From the NCBI GenBank assembly GCA_965207735.1, contig OZ242296.1:796257-860256 (forward strand): DNA of 64,000 bases. The letters are read 5' to 3'. Positions 35,785 through 44,768 of the stretch are shown here, piece after piece. The stretch comes from Candidatus Versatilivorator sp. Lineage in GTDB: Bacteria; Acidobacteriota; Terriglobia; Versatilivoradales; Versatilivoraceae. A model generated the notes under the pieces. The model saw only the letters and a list, made by a program, of their open reading frames with translations, was not told the DNA's origin and ran no database searches. Numbering within the stretch: the stretch's first letter is position 1; each line of letters opens with the position of its first letter. The position numbers and the translations under genes were made by a program.

Positions 35785-36165
35785 CTACTTGGACCCCACT
35801 GACTTGCGGCCGGGGGCGGCCTGATAGAGGCGGTCGATTTTGGCCGCCAGGATGAAGTCGTTCTGGCTCAGGCCGTCGATCTTGTGGGTGTAGATCTTGA
35901 TGTCGACCTTGCCCCAGGCCAGGGCCAGGTCAGGGTGGTGCCATTCCCGCTCGGCGAGTTCGCCCACTCCGTTCACGAAGTCGAGGGCTGTCCTGAAATT
36001 CTTGAACCGGAAGCTCTTGACCAGGTGGTGCTCTTCCACGGCTTCCCAGGCGTTTACTTCCTGCAGGAACTTCCCGATCGCTTTCCCTTTGAGTGGTGGA
36101 ATCCCACCGCGGCAGGGAACGCAGTTCTTGTGGATCAAGCCGCCGACTTCGGGTTTCGTGGTCAT
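35785..36165 (-). CDS. 4a-hydroxytetrahydrobiopterin dehydratase (PCD/DCoH)
   Basis: 126 aa from the ATG at 36165 (AAGGAG upstream). 'FRFKNFRTALDFVNGVGELAEREWHHPDLALAWGKVDIKIYTH'. Confidence 0.8.
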   Translation of the reverse strand: MTTKPEVGGLIHKNCVPCRGGIPPLKGKAIGKFLQEVNAWEAVEEHHLVKSFRFKNFRTALDFVNGVGELAEREWHHPDLALAWGKVDIKIYTHKIDGLSQNDFILAAKIDRLYQAAPGRKSVGSK

Positions 36166-36244
36166 ACCCGCTCCTTCCGTCGCCCTCAGGGCGCTTTCCG
36201 CAGGGCCGGCTGCCGGTTTCCCCGGTCCCTCGCAGCCACTCTCC

Positions 36245-36724
36245 TCACTCCGACTCAATCAAGGCCACCGCGTAGGCAGCGCATCCCTCTCCTTTTCCCA
36301 AAGGCCCCAGCCTCTCGTGGGTGGTCGCCTTGACGGATACCCGGCCGGTTTCCAGGCCCAGCACCCCGGCGATGGCCTCCCTCATCCGGGGGACGTAGGC
36401 GGCAATCCTGGGAGCTTCCAGCACCACCGTCGCATCCAGGTTGACAACGGTGTAGTCATGAGTCTTGATCAGCCGGGCTACTTCTCTCAGGAAGTCCGCG
36501 CTGGGCGCATCCCGGAACCGCTCGTCGTTGTCCGGGAAATGGCTGCCGATGTCGCCCAGCGCCGCCGCTCCCAGGAGCGCATCGCAGATGGCATGCAACA
36601 ACACGTCGGCATCCGAGTGGCCCAGCAGTCCGCGCTCCCCGGGAATCTCAACTCCCCCGAGAATCAGGCTGCGTCCCGGCGAAAACGCGTGAATGTCGTA
36701 CCCGAATCCAATGCGAGTCATCAA
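36245..36724 (-). CDS. ispF: 2-C-methyl-D-erythritol 2,4-cyclodiphosphate synthase
   Basis: 159 aa. 'RIGFGYDIHAF', 'GHSDADVLLHAICDALLGA', 'DIGSHFPD'. Confidence 0.9.
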   Translation of the reverse strand: MMTRIGFGYDIHAFSPGRSLILGGVEIPGERGLLGHSDADVLLHAICDALLGAAALGDIGSHFPDNDERFRDAPSADFLREVARLIKTHDYTVVNLDATVVLEAPRIAAYVPRMREAIAGVLGLETGRVSVKATTHERLGPLGKGEGCAAYAVALIESE

Positions 36725-37002
36725 TGTCGGATTTCAAAGTGGGTGTAGCTGTGCCGCCAAGCCCGCCATTCCATCCGGAGGTTGTCAACCCTGGCCGAAT
36801 AGGGTCCCTTGCGTGCCTGTACCAACAGGGCCTCGATGAGGGCTCGCTCACCCTCGAGTTCAATCTCGACCTCTCCGCTGGATAGATTCCTGGTGAATCC
36901 GACCAGCCCCAGGCGGGAGGCGTGGCGATAGATGAAGAAGCGGAATCCAACTCCCTGGACGGCGCCCCCAATTAGTATTCTGGCCCCGGCTTTCACAAGC
37001 AC
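36721..37002 (-). CDS. acyP: Acylphosphatase
   Basis: 93 aa. 'GAVQGVGFRFFIYRHASRLGLVGFTRNLSSGEVEIELEG'. The stop overlaps the ispF start (ATGA). Confidence 0.85.
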   Translation of the reverse strand: MLVKAGARILIGGAVQGVGFRFFIYRHASRLGLVGFTRNLSSGEVEIELEGERALIEALLVQARKGPYSARVDNLRMEWRAWRHSYTHFEIRH

Positions 37003-37142
37003 CGAACATAGATTCTCCCCTGGGGAATGTCAATTCGGTATTTCGCCAATCTGCAAAAGTCGAGGCTTGCATTTTTTCTGGAATTTGATAGGTTTGCTGC
37101 ATTCCGCGTTTCAATGATCCAAACCCAGCTAGGACGCCCAAG

Positions 37143-37613
37143 ATGAAAACCCAAATCAATGTTCGCATCAACGGACAAGAGCGCACCGACGAAGTCGAGC
37201 CTCGCCTGCTGTTGATCCACTATCTCCGCGAGGTCATCGGCCTCAAGGGGCCTCACATTGGATGTGAAACCTCCATCTGTGGCGCTTGCACGGTGGCTTT
37301 CAACGGAAAGACGGTCAAGTCTTGCGCCCTGTTGGCCGTACAAGCCGACGGCCAGGACATCGTGACGGTCGAAGGGCTGGCCACTGACGGGCAATTGCAT
37401 CCGGTTCAGGAGGCCTTCTGGAACGAGCATGGCCTGCAATGCGGCTTTTGCACCCCCGGCATGCTGATGACTACCAGAGAGCTGATCGAGAGGAATCCCG
37501 AGCCGACCGATGAGGAGATACGCCACGGCCTGGAAGGCAACCTGTGTCGCTGCACGGGTTATCAGCACATCGTCAATGCAGTGAAATCTGCCGCAGCCAA
37601 GGTAGGAGGGTAA
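37143..37613 (+). CDS. coxS: (2Fe-2S)-binding small subunit of a CoxSLM/xanthine-dehydrogenase-family molybdo-hydroxylase
   Basis: 156 aa. '[12 protein letters not shown]' and '[10 protein letters not shown]...CRCTGY'. Confidence 0.85.
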   Translation: MKTQINVRINGQERTDEVEPRLLLIHYLREVIGLKGPHIGCETSICGACTVAFNGKTVKSCALLAVQADGQDIVTVEGLATDGQLHPVQEAFWNEHGLQCGFCTPGMLMTTRELIERNPEPTDEEIRHGLEGNLCRCTGYQHIVNAVKSAAAKVGG

Positions 37614-37616
37614 GCG

Positions 37617-39953
37617 ATGGAGACGACCGTAACAAAGAAGATCGACAAACTGGTTGGAAAACCCATCCGGCGGCGGGAGGACCCGAGGCTCATCACCGGC
37701 ACCGCCACCTACGTGGAGGACATCGAGCTACCCGGTATGCACTACGCCGCGGTGGTACGCAGCCCCCATCCGGCGGCCAATATCAAGAGCATCGACACCC
37801 AGGCGGCCGAACAGCACCCGGGCGTGGTGGCCGTTTACACCGGGAAGGATATTGACCACCTGGGAGCCGTTCCCTGTGGGATTTCCCTGCCTGACCTGAG
37901 GATCCCCCACCATCACCTGCTGGCCCAGGACCGCGTCTACTACGTGGGCCATCCCGTGGCCGTTGTGGTCGCCAGGGATCGTTATATCGTCGCCGACGCC
38001 GTGGACTTGGTGGAGGTGGAATACGAGCCTACGGACTCGGTATCAGATCCCGAGGAGGCACTGGAATCGGCCGCTCCCCCGGTCCACTCCGAGTGGCCCG
38101 ACAACGTGGCCTTTACCCACCATCAGGAGGGTGGAGACATCGAGAAGGCCTTTGCGGAAGCCGACGTGATCGTCAAGGAGCGCATCGTCAGCCAGCGCCT
38201 GGCCCCGTCGGCCATGGAGCCCCGGGGCACAGTGGCCTCCTGGAATTCAGGCGACGAGACGCTCACGGTCTACAGTTCGACTCAAATCCCTCACATCCTG
38301 AGAACTCTCATGGCAGGTGTGCTGGGTTTGCCCGAGCACAAACTGCGGGTGATAGCCCCGGAGGTCGGCGGCGGGTTTGGAAGCAAGTGCGAGCTCTATC
38401 CCGAGGAAGCCCTGACGGCCTTCATCGCCATGAAGATCGGCAAGCCGGTCAAGTGGGTCCTGACGCGGCGCGACGAGTTTCTGGCCACCATTCACGGCCG
38501 GGGCCACGTCGACTTCTACGAACTGGCCGCCAAGAAGGACGGCACCATGCTGGGACTCAAGGTCAAGATCATTCAGGATGTGGGGTCCTTCCACATGCTG
38601 TTGACGCCGGCCATGCCCACCCTCTCGGTGCTGATGTTGCCTGGCCTGTACCGGTTCAAGAATGTCAACGCCGACGTGGTGGGAGTCTTCACCCACAGGA
38701 TGGCCACCGATCTCTATCGGGGCGCGGGCCGGCCCGAAGCCACCCACGGGATTGAGCGCATGGTGGAAGTTCTGGCCGCCGAACTAAAGATGGACCCGGT
38801 GGAACTGCGAATCAAGAACTTCGTTCCACCCAGCGACTTCCCCTACGACACTCCCATGGGAGTCTCCTATGACAGCGGCAACTACGCGGCCATTCTGGAG
38901 AAGGCCGTGGAGACGGTCGGCTACTCTCAACTGCGGCAGGAGCAGCAGGAGGCCCGCCGACAGGGCCGTCTGATGGGGATCGGCATCGCGACCTACGGCG
39001 AAATCTGCGCCTTCGGCCCCTCTCCCGCTCTGCCCACCGGGGGTTGGGAGAGCGCTACCGTCAAGATCGAACCTTCCGGGCAGGTCACCGTTATGACGGG
39101 CACGTCCCCCCACGGCCAGGGGACGCAAACCACCTTCAGCCAGATTGCGGCCGACGAGCTGGGGGTGGACATCAACGACATTGTGGTGGCCCACGGGGAT
39201 ACGTCCACGGTGCAGCACGGAGTGGGCACCTTCGGCAGCCGCAACACCTCCGTTGGAGGAACAGCCCTGGTCCTGGCCATTCGGGAACTCAAGGAGAAGA
39301 TCGAAACCTATGGCGCCATGTTGCTCGAGTCCGACGACGTGACTTACGCCGCCGGCGCCTGCACTTGCAACAAGACCGGAAAGACCGTCACCCTGGGCGA
39401 AATCGCGATGACCAGCTGGACCGGTCCCACTTACCCCGCCAATACACAGCCTGGACTGGTTGCAACCAACTACTGGGAACCCCCCAACTTTGCCTTCCCC
39501 TTCGGGGCTCACATCGTGGTGAGCGAAGTCGATCCGGACACGGGTGAAGTGGCCATCAAGCGCTACCTGGCGGTGGATGACTGCGGAAAGGTCATCAATC
39601 CCCTGCTGGTGGACGGCCAGGTGCACGGCGGCGTCGCCCAAGGCCTGGGACAGGCGCTTTACGAGCAGGTGGTCTACGATGACGTGGGTCAGCTCGTCAC
39701 CGGGGAATACATGGACTACGCCCTGCCCAAGGCCGCCATGGTGCCGACCATCGAAACCGACCGCACCGAAACTCCCTCCCCGGTGAATCCTCTGGGCGTC
39801 AAGGGTGTCGGCGAAGCGGGCACCATCGCAGCCTCCCCCGCCGTGGTAAATTCGGTGGTGGACGCTCTTTCCCACCTGGGGGTTCGGCATATCAACATGC
39901 CTCTGACCCCGGAAAAAATCTGGAAACTTGTTCAGCAAGGAGGTTCAGCGTGA
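37617..39953 (+). CDS. coxL: Molybdopterin-binding large subunit, CoxL-like; active-site loop is form-II-like, not bona fide CO dehydrogenase
   Basis: 778 aa. Typical N-terminus 'GKPIRRREDPRLITG'. The active-site region reads 'DLYRGAGRPEA' (form II AYRGAGR-type, not form I AYxCSFR). Confidence 0.8.
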   Translation: METTVTKKIDKLVGKPIRRREDPRLITGTATYVEDIELPGMHYAAVVRSPHPAANIKSIDTQAAEQHPGVVAVYTGKDIDHLGAVPCGISLPDLRIPHHHLLAQDRVYYVGHPVAVVVARDRYIVADAVDLVEVEYEPTDSVSDPEEALESAAPPVHSEWPDNVAFTHHQEGGDIEKAFAEADVIVKERIVSQRLAPSAMEPRGTVASWNSGDETLTVYSSTQIPHILRTLMAGVLGLPEHKLRVIAPEVGGGFGSKCELYPEEALTAFIAMKIGKPVKWVLTRRDEFLATIHGRGHVDFYELAAKKDGTMLGLKVKIIQDVGSFHMLLTPAMPTLSVLMLPGLYRFKNVNADVVGVFTHRMATDLYRGAGRPEATHGIERMVEVLAAELKMDPVELRIKNFVPPSDFPYDTPMGVSYDSGNYAAILEKAVETVGYSQLRQEQQEARRQGRLMGIGIATYGEICAFGPSPALPTGGWESATVKIEPSGQVTVMTGTSPHGQGTQTTFSQIAADELGVDINDIVVAHGDTSTVQHGVGTFGSRNTSVGGTALVLAIRELKEKIETYGAMLLESDDVTYAAGACTCNKTGKTVTLGEIAMTSWTGPTYPANTQPGLVATNYWEPPNFAFPFGAHIVVSEVDPDTGEVAIKRYLAVDDCGKVINPLLVDGQVHGGVAQGLGQALYEQVVYDDVGQLVTGEYMDYALPKAAMVPTIETDRTETPSPVNPLGVKGVGEAGTIAASPAVVNSVVDALSHLGVRHINMPLTPEKIWKLVQQGGSA

Positions 39954-40795
39954 TTCCCCAGGAATTCAATTATTCCAGACCCGGAACGGTGCAGGAAGCC
40001 GTCGACCTGCTGGCCGACAACGACGCCAAAGTGCTGGCAGGGGGCATGAGCCTGATCCCCCTGATGAAGCTGCGGCTCTCCGCTCCCGAACACCTTGTCG
40101 ACCTGGGCCGCATTCCCGACTTGACTCGGATTACGGAGAATGGAGGAAGCCTGCATCTGGGGGCCCTGCTTACCCACCACCAAGTGGCCACCTCGGCCCT
40201 GGTTCAGGAGAAGTGCCCCCTTATCGCCGAGACCGCCGCCCATATCGGGGACGCCCAGGTGCGGAACATGGGTACCTTGGGCGGCAGCGCCGCCCACGCC
40301 GATCCTGCCGCCGATTATCCGGCGGCTCTTTGCGCCCTGGAGGCCAAGGTCAGGCTGGTTCGAAGGAATTCGGAACGCTTGGTGGACATCGGGGATTTCT
40401 TCGTGGATGCCCTCACCACGGACGTCGAGCCCGACGAGATCATCACCGAGCTCATCCTGCCCGTTGAAGAGCCTGGCACCGGCGTCAGCTACCAGAAGCT
40501 GCGCCAACCGGCATCGGGCTTTGCCATCGTGGGAGTTGCGGCGCGGGTGCGAACCTCCGGCGGGAAGATCTCCATGGCTCGAATCGGTGTGACCGGACTG
40601 GGCGCCACCGCCTACCGGGCTACCGGGGTGGAGGCGCTGCTGGAGGGCTCTGAGGGTTCCCAAGACGACGTCGCCAAGGCTTCCGCCGCGGTGGACGAGG
40701 GGGTCGACGCCCTTTCGGATCTGCACGCCTCCAGCGACTATCGCAGGCACGTGGCCCGCGTCTACACCGCTCGCGCCATCCAGGCCGCGTTGTAG
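39950..40795 (+). CDS. coxM: FAD-binding medium subunit (CoxM/CutM-like)
   Basis: 281 aa. 'AKVLAGGMSLIPLMKLRL', 'GTLGGSAAHADPAADYP'. The start overlaps the coxL stop. Confidence 0.85.
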   Translation: MIPQEFNYSRPGTVQEAVDLLADNDAKVLAGGMSLIPLMKLRLSAPEHLVDLGRIPDLTRITENGGSLHLGALLTHHQVATSALVQEKCPLIAETAAHIGDAQVRNMGTLGGSAAHADPAADYPAALCALEAKVRLVRRNSERLVDIGDFFVDALTTDVEPDEIITELILPVEEPGTGVSYQKLRQPASGFAIVGVAARVRTSGGKISMARIGVTGLGATAYRATGVEALLEGSEGSQDDVAKASAAVDEGVDALSDLHASSDYRRHVARVYTARAIQAAL

Positions 40796-40803
40796 GGGGC
40801 CCA

Positions 40804-41250
40804 TTGAAAATCAGCGGATCCCGTCTCCTTGCCGTGGACCAGGAGGAGTGTTACCGGTTGCTGCAGGACCCACGCGTACTGGAGCAATGCATGCCCGGCT
40901 GCCGGAGCCTGGTCCAGGTGGGCGAAAATACCTATGCCATGAAGATGAAGATGGCTCTGGCCAGCATTTCCGGCCTCTTCGACGGCAAGGTTCGCATTGC
41001 CGACCGCAACTCCCCCAACAGCTTTCGCCTCCTGGTTGAAGGATCCGGCAGAATCGGCTTCCTGAAGGGAGACGGCCTGCTGCAGTTGACCCCCGAAAAG
41101 GATGGAACGTCCATTGGCTATGAGGGAGAGGTGCGGGTGGGAGGCACCATCTCGGCCGTGGGGCAGCGGCTGCTGGACACGACCTCCAAGATGATGATCA
41201 AGCGTTTCTTCGACAAGTTGGCAAGCACCCTGCCCAATGTTGAGAGCTAA
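40804..41250 (+). CDS. coxG: SRPBCC-fold CoxG family protein
   Basis: 148 aa, TTG start. 'LQDPRVLEQCMPGC' and 'GGTISAVGQRLLDTTSKMMIKRFFDKL' are typical of CoxG. Confidence 0.75.
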   Translation: MKISGSRLLAVDQEECYRLLQDPRVLEQCMPGCRSLVQVGENTYAMKMKMALASISGLFDGKVRIADRNSPNSFRLLVEGSGRIGFLKGDGLLQLTPEKDGTSIGYEGEVRVGGTISAVGQRLLDTTSKMMIKRFFDKLASTLPNVES

Positions 41251-41589
41251 GCACCGGGTTTGCCGCCTTGACTTCCTGCCAACGAGTCATACCGTTCCCT
41301 CAGACGAAGCTTTCCCCGCGACTGAAAGACCGATTGCTTCCGCTCGTTTTGGTTTTCGGGTAGTCCAATACGCTGAGCCTGTACCTTAGCCCGCATTTCT
41401 CACCAGGGGGCATGTGCGCGCTGAAGGGAAAAAGACAAGCCAGGGCATGCCCAGCGCCGTCTGTTACCCGCAAGCCCTTACCATAGAGCCAATCAACGTA
41501 CTGAAGATAAACTACTGCACCAGCGACTTGGGTAGAGTCGAGGACTGGCGCGTTGACTATAGGGTCCGGTGGCTATTCCGTCGCTTTCG

Positions 41590-42400
41590 CTTCGGGCCTC
41601 AGTCCGGCTCCCTTATCACGTTTCCAGTCCCCGCTCTCCGAACCGGACGTGCGGTTTTCCCGCATCTCGGCTCTCCAGTGGGATCATGCGTCTCGCACAC
41701 AGGTCCCCGCTCGCATCCGTGGACGACTCCTATGGGATTGGCACCCGTCCCCCACTCCATCCACTTCCGCTCCCGGGTTGCCGCCAGGCCTGTTGATGCC
41801 CTGACGACGCCGTCCTCCTCCGACGACCCTTTCACTTTTGCATGTGATGCTTCCGGAGTCTCCGGCCCTTTTTTGGTCGGGGTTTCAGGCTTTCGCCACT
41901 CCCGGGACCCTTCCCCCTTCGGTCACCGCTCCTCACCTGAGGCCCCTTCCCTCCACCGGTATTACCCGGCTTCTCCGGTACTACAGGCCTCTCCGCCACC
42001 CTGTCGGCCTAGACTGACTCTCGCGAGCTTCCGGTTCGGTGCGTGCCTCACCACCCACAGGGCTTCCCATGTTGCTGCCTTCTTCCCCTTCCATGCGTGC
42101 CAGCGCCACTACCCCGGCGGGTCCAAAGGGGTGCCCGCGTCGCTCGCTTCCCCCTCCGTCTTCGGCCTTCCCCATTTCTCAGGTGGGTCGGCCCCCGCAT
42201 TGCCCGTTTCGAGGCCTGCTCGACGTTCACTCGCGTTCCGGCCCGCATGCTCGCTGAACCGCCTTAAGCGGCCCTTTGACACCAGAGGGCTTCAGACCAT
42301 ATCGTTACCTCCATGATCCGCCCTGGCTGCTACCAACCGGAGCGACAGTTGTTGGACGGGTTTCGCACCCGTTGGAAGAAGGCGCCTTTCCATGGCGCAC
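41590..42400 (-). mobile_element. ORF-less group II intron-like ribozyme (5' end and domain V recognisable; 3' boundary uncertain)
   Basis: The minus strand starts GTGCGCC at 42400. A 34-nt domain V candidate lies at 41673-41640: GAGCCGAGAUGCGG-GAAA-ACCGCACGUCCGGUUC (AGC triad, GNRA-type loop, 2-nt bulge). It lies 727 nt downstream of the 5' end, consistent with DI-DIV lacking an RT ORF. No RT-like ORF in any frame. Confidence 0.55.
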
Positions 42401-42413
42401 TGAGAAATGCGGG

Positions 42414-44001
42414 CTAGGAGTCTGCGCCGCAGAAAACCCGGGCAGGGCTGAATGATACAATAACGGGCTTAGAGACATCATAGGAGGTGGTGGATGGGGA
42501 CAAGGTTTCGCCCGTATCAGCCGAAGCAACTGTTGATGTTGCCGCCGGACCTGGGGGAGTGGGTACCGGAAGGGCACTTGGCCCATCAGGTGAGTGAGTT
42601 GGTGGATGGGCTGGAGTTGAGAGCGTTTTACCGGCCCTATGAAGAGGACGGGAGGCGCAACTCGCCCTACGAGCCGCGGATGATGGTGAAGGTGTTGATT
42701 TACGCCTATGCGACAGGGGTGTTCTCGTCGCGCAAGATCGCGAGGAAGCTGGAGGAAGACGTGGCGTTTCGGATGCTGGCGGCGGGGAACTTTCCGCAGC
42801 ATCGGACGTTGTGCGAGTTTCGCCGCCGGCATTTGAAGGACTTCAAGCAGCTGTTCGTACAGGTGGTGAGCTTGGCGCGGGAGATGGGGATGGTGGGGTT
42901 GGGGCGATTGGGGATCGACGGGACGAAGGTGCGGGCGAACGCGAGCCGGCGCAAGGCGATGAGCTATGGTCGGATGAAGGAGCGGGAGCGGCAACTGAAG
43001 GCAGAGATCCATGAGTTGTTGAAGAAGGCGCGGCGGGAGGACCGGGAGGAAGATGAGCGGTACGGGGAAGACCGGCGTGGGGATGAGTTGCCCGAGGAGT
43101 TGCGGCGGCGGGAGGACCGGCTGGCGGCGATCGAGGCGGCCAAGCAGCGGCTGGAGGCGGCCCAGCGGGAGGCCGATGAGGAGCGGGGGCGCAAACCGGG
43201 ACAGGACCGCAACCCGAAAGCACGACGGCCCTACAAGCGGGCCTACGGAGAACCGGAGGAGAAGGCGCAGAGTAATTTCACCGATCCGGAAAGCCGGATC
43301 ATGAAGACTTCCACCGAGGGGTTCCAGCAGTGCTACAACGCGCAGGTGGCGGTGGACGGAGAGCACCAGATCATTGTGGCCACCGAGGTAACGGCGCAGG
43401 CGAGCGATCAGGGGCAGATGATGGAGTTGCTGGAGGAGGTGGAGGAGAGCTTCCAGGAGATACCGAAACAGGTGCTGGCGGATGCGGGCTACTGCAATGA
43501 GGAGGACTTGCAGGCCCTGGAAGAGAGAGGAGTGGACGGTTATGTTGCGCTGGGGCGCGAGGGGAAGCGGGCGGTAGAGATCGATCCCAGGAAGCATCCG
43601 GCCAAGAGTCGTATGAGGAAGAAGCTGGCCAGCCTAGCCGGTCAGGTGGAGTATCGGCGGAGGAAGTGGATTGCCGAAGCCCCTCATGGGTGGATCAAGG
43701 AGGGGCTGGGATTCCGACGGTTCAGTCTGCGGGGCTTGCAATCAGTGCAGGGGGAGTGGGACTTGGTGTGTCTGGCCCTCAACATCAAGAGGATGAGTGC
43801 GTTGATGGCGGCCTGAAGCAAGGGATTTCCACCCAATACCCAGGGCCACGGAGGTCCTCAACCGCCCATTGTGGGAGCCCACAGGACGCTTGAGACTCTA
43901 TCAACGCCCAAGTGGCTCCCAAGCACTCCTTGGAACCGGCCTTGCGCAGTAGCCTCTCGCTCTTGAACTTTCCGAAATCGTCCTGCGGCGCAGACTCCTA
44001 G
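42414..44001 (+). mobile_element. IS1182-family (IS5 superfamily) insertion sequence, ~1.58 kb
   Basis: The ends are exact inverted repeats: 'ctaggagtctgcgccgcag' at 42414-42432 and 'ctgcggcgcagactcctag' at 43983-44001. The outer CTAG is palindromic, so it is either part of the IR or a 4-bp CTAG target duplication (element proper 42418-43997). Confidence 0.85.
42494..43816 (+). CDS. IS1182-family transposase
   Basis: 440 aa. N-terminus 'FRPYQPKQLLMLPPDLGEWVPEGHLA' and 'YSSRKIARKLEEDVAFRML' (transposase DUF772-type domain), charged linker, DDE C-domain 'DAGYCNEEDL'. Confidence 0.9.
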   Translation: MGTRFRPYQPKQLLMLPPDLGEWVPEGHLAHQVSELVDGLELRAFYRPYEEDGRRNSPYEPRMMVKVLIYAYATGVFSSRKIARKLEEDVAFRMLAAGNFPQHRTLCEFRRRHLKDFKQLFVQVVSLAREMGMVGLGRLGIDGTKVRANASRRKAMSYGRMKERERQLKAEIHELLKKARREDREEDERYGEDRRGDELPEELRRREDRLAAIEAAKQRLEAAQREADEERGRKPGQDRNPKARRPYKRAYGEPEEKAQSNFTDPESRIMKTSTEGFQQCYNAQVAVDGEHQIIVATEVTAQASDQGQMMELLEEVEESFQEIPKQVLADAGYCNEEDLQALEERGVDGYVALGREGKRAVEIDPRKHPAKSRMRKKLASLAGQVEYRRRKWIAEAPHGWIKEGLGFRRFSLRGLQSVQGEWDLVCLALNIKRMSALMAA

Positions 44002-44179
44002 TACCGAAAGGCCTTCGGAAGCTGTGCGTCCGGCCTCTTCAGCAGAATATTCCGTGAAAGATTAGCGGTTTGGAGATCCTCGGGCAAACTGCAGATGGAA
44101 CATCCGAACGCTTGGCGGCAACACCCTGATCCAACCCGACTTTGCCTTCTTGCTATAGCGGGAAGAATCAAGGCAACGA

Positions 44180-44211
44180 CAAAGCCGCCTGTCGATACTC
44201 CGACAGGCGGC
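44180..44211 (-). terminator. Putative intrinsic terminator downstream of atpE
   Basis: The minus strand reads agccgcctgtcg-gagtat-cgacaggcggct, an 11-12 bp GC-rich stem. It is followed by TTTGTCGTT. The T-tract is weak. Confidence 0.45.
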
Positions 44212-44230
44212 TGGAGATCATCCGCAAAAA

Positions 44231-44593
44231 CTAGAAGGGAGTTGGGGGAATTGCGGGTAGCTTGAAGTAAAGCATGAAGGCGATCAGCAGCGTGTAGAGG
44301 ACCAGCGATTCGATAAGCACCAGTCCCAGCAACAGGGCGAATCGGATGGAGGCCGCCGCCCCCGGATTTCTGGCGAGGCTTTCGCAGGCTGCCGAGACGG
44401 CCCGCCCTTGGGCCAAGCCGCAAATGGCGGCGGCGAAGGCCATGGCGAAACCGATGCTGATGTAATGCCAGTGGCTGCCAGTACCTTCCGTAGAGAACGG
44501 CCACCAACTGGTGGCATCGGTTTGGGCAAAGACTGGTGATGCCGCGAACAGAACGACGATGCTGATGAAAACTACCGAGTAAAATCGCTTCAC
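44231..44593 (-). CDS. atpE: F0F1 ATP synthase subunit c with N-terminal signal-peptide-like extension
   Basis: Core 'AAICGLAQGRAVSAACESLARNPGAA...ALLLGLVLIESLVLYTLLIAF' is a c-subunit hairpin with the carboxylate Glu. I favour the GTG start at 44593 (AAAGGAGAA upstream), giving 120 aa. The track ORF extends to 44671. Confidence 0.8.
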   Translation of the reverse strand: MKRFYSVVFISIVVLFAASPVFAQTDATSWWPFSTEGTGSHWHYISIGFAMAFAAAICGLAQGRAVSAACESLARNPGAAASIRFALLLGLVLIESLVLYTLLIAFMLYFKLPAIPPTPF

Positions 44594-44768
44594 GATGGAT
44601 TCTCCTTTCGGTTGGGGTTCGGCACGGATGCCCGATCTAACGGAAATCCGCTGGAACCGATAAAGCGCCACTTGGAGGTGGTTCCCGGGAACCCCTCGTG
44701 CATCCCGGGCTCACACAAGTGGCAGGGATGGTCGAATTCGACCCTGCCGGCGCCGTGACGTCCGAGGC

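Noticed and set aside
38784-40804. Minus-strand ORFs 38784-39938 (384 aa) and 39932-40804 (290 aa)
   Set aside because: Antisense to coxL and coxM.
41414-42316. 300-aa Pro/Ser/Arg-rich ORF on the + strand
   Set aside because: No protein-like motifs. It lies antisense to the group II intron-like RNA. I interpret it as a chance ORF across structured, GC-rich non-coding DNA.
42305-43597. 430-aa minus-strand ORF rich in Leu/Pro/Arg
   Set aside because: Antisense to the IS1182 transposase gene. No motifs.
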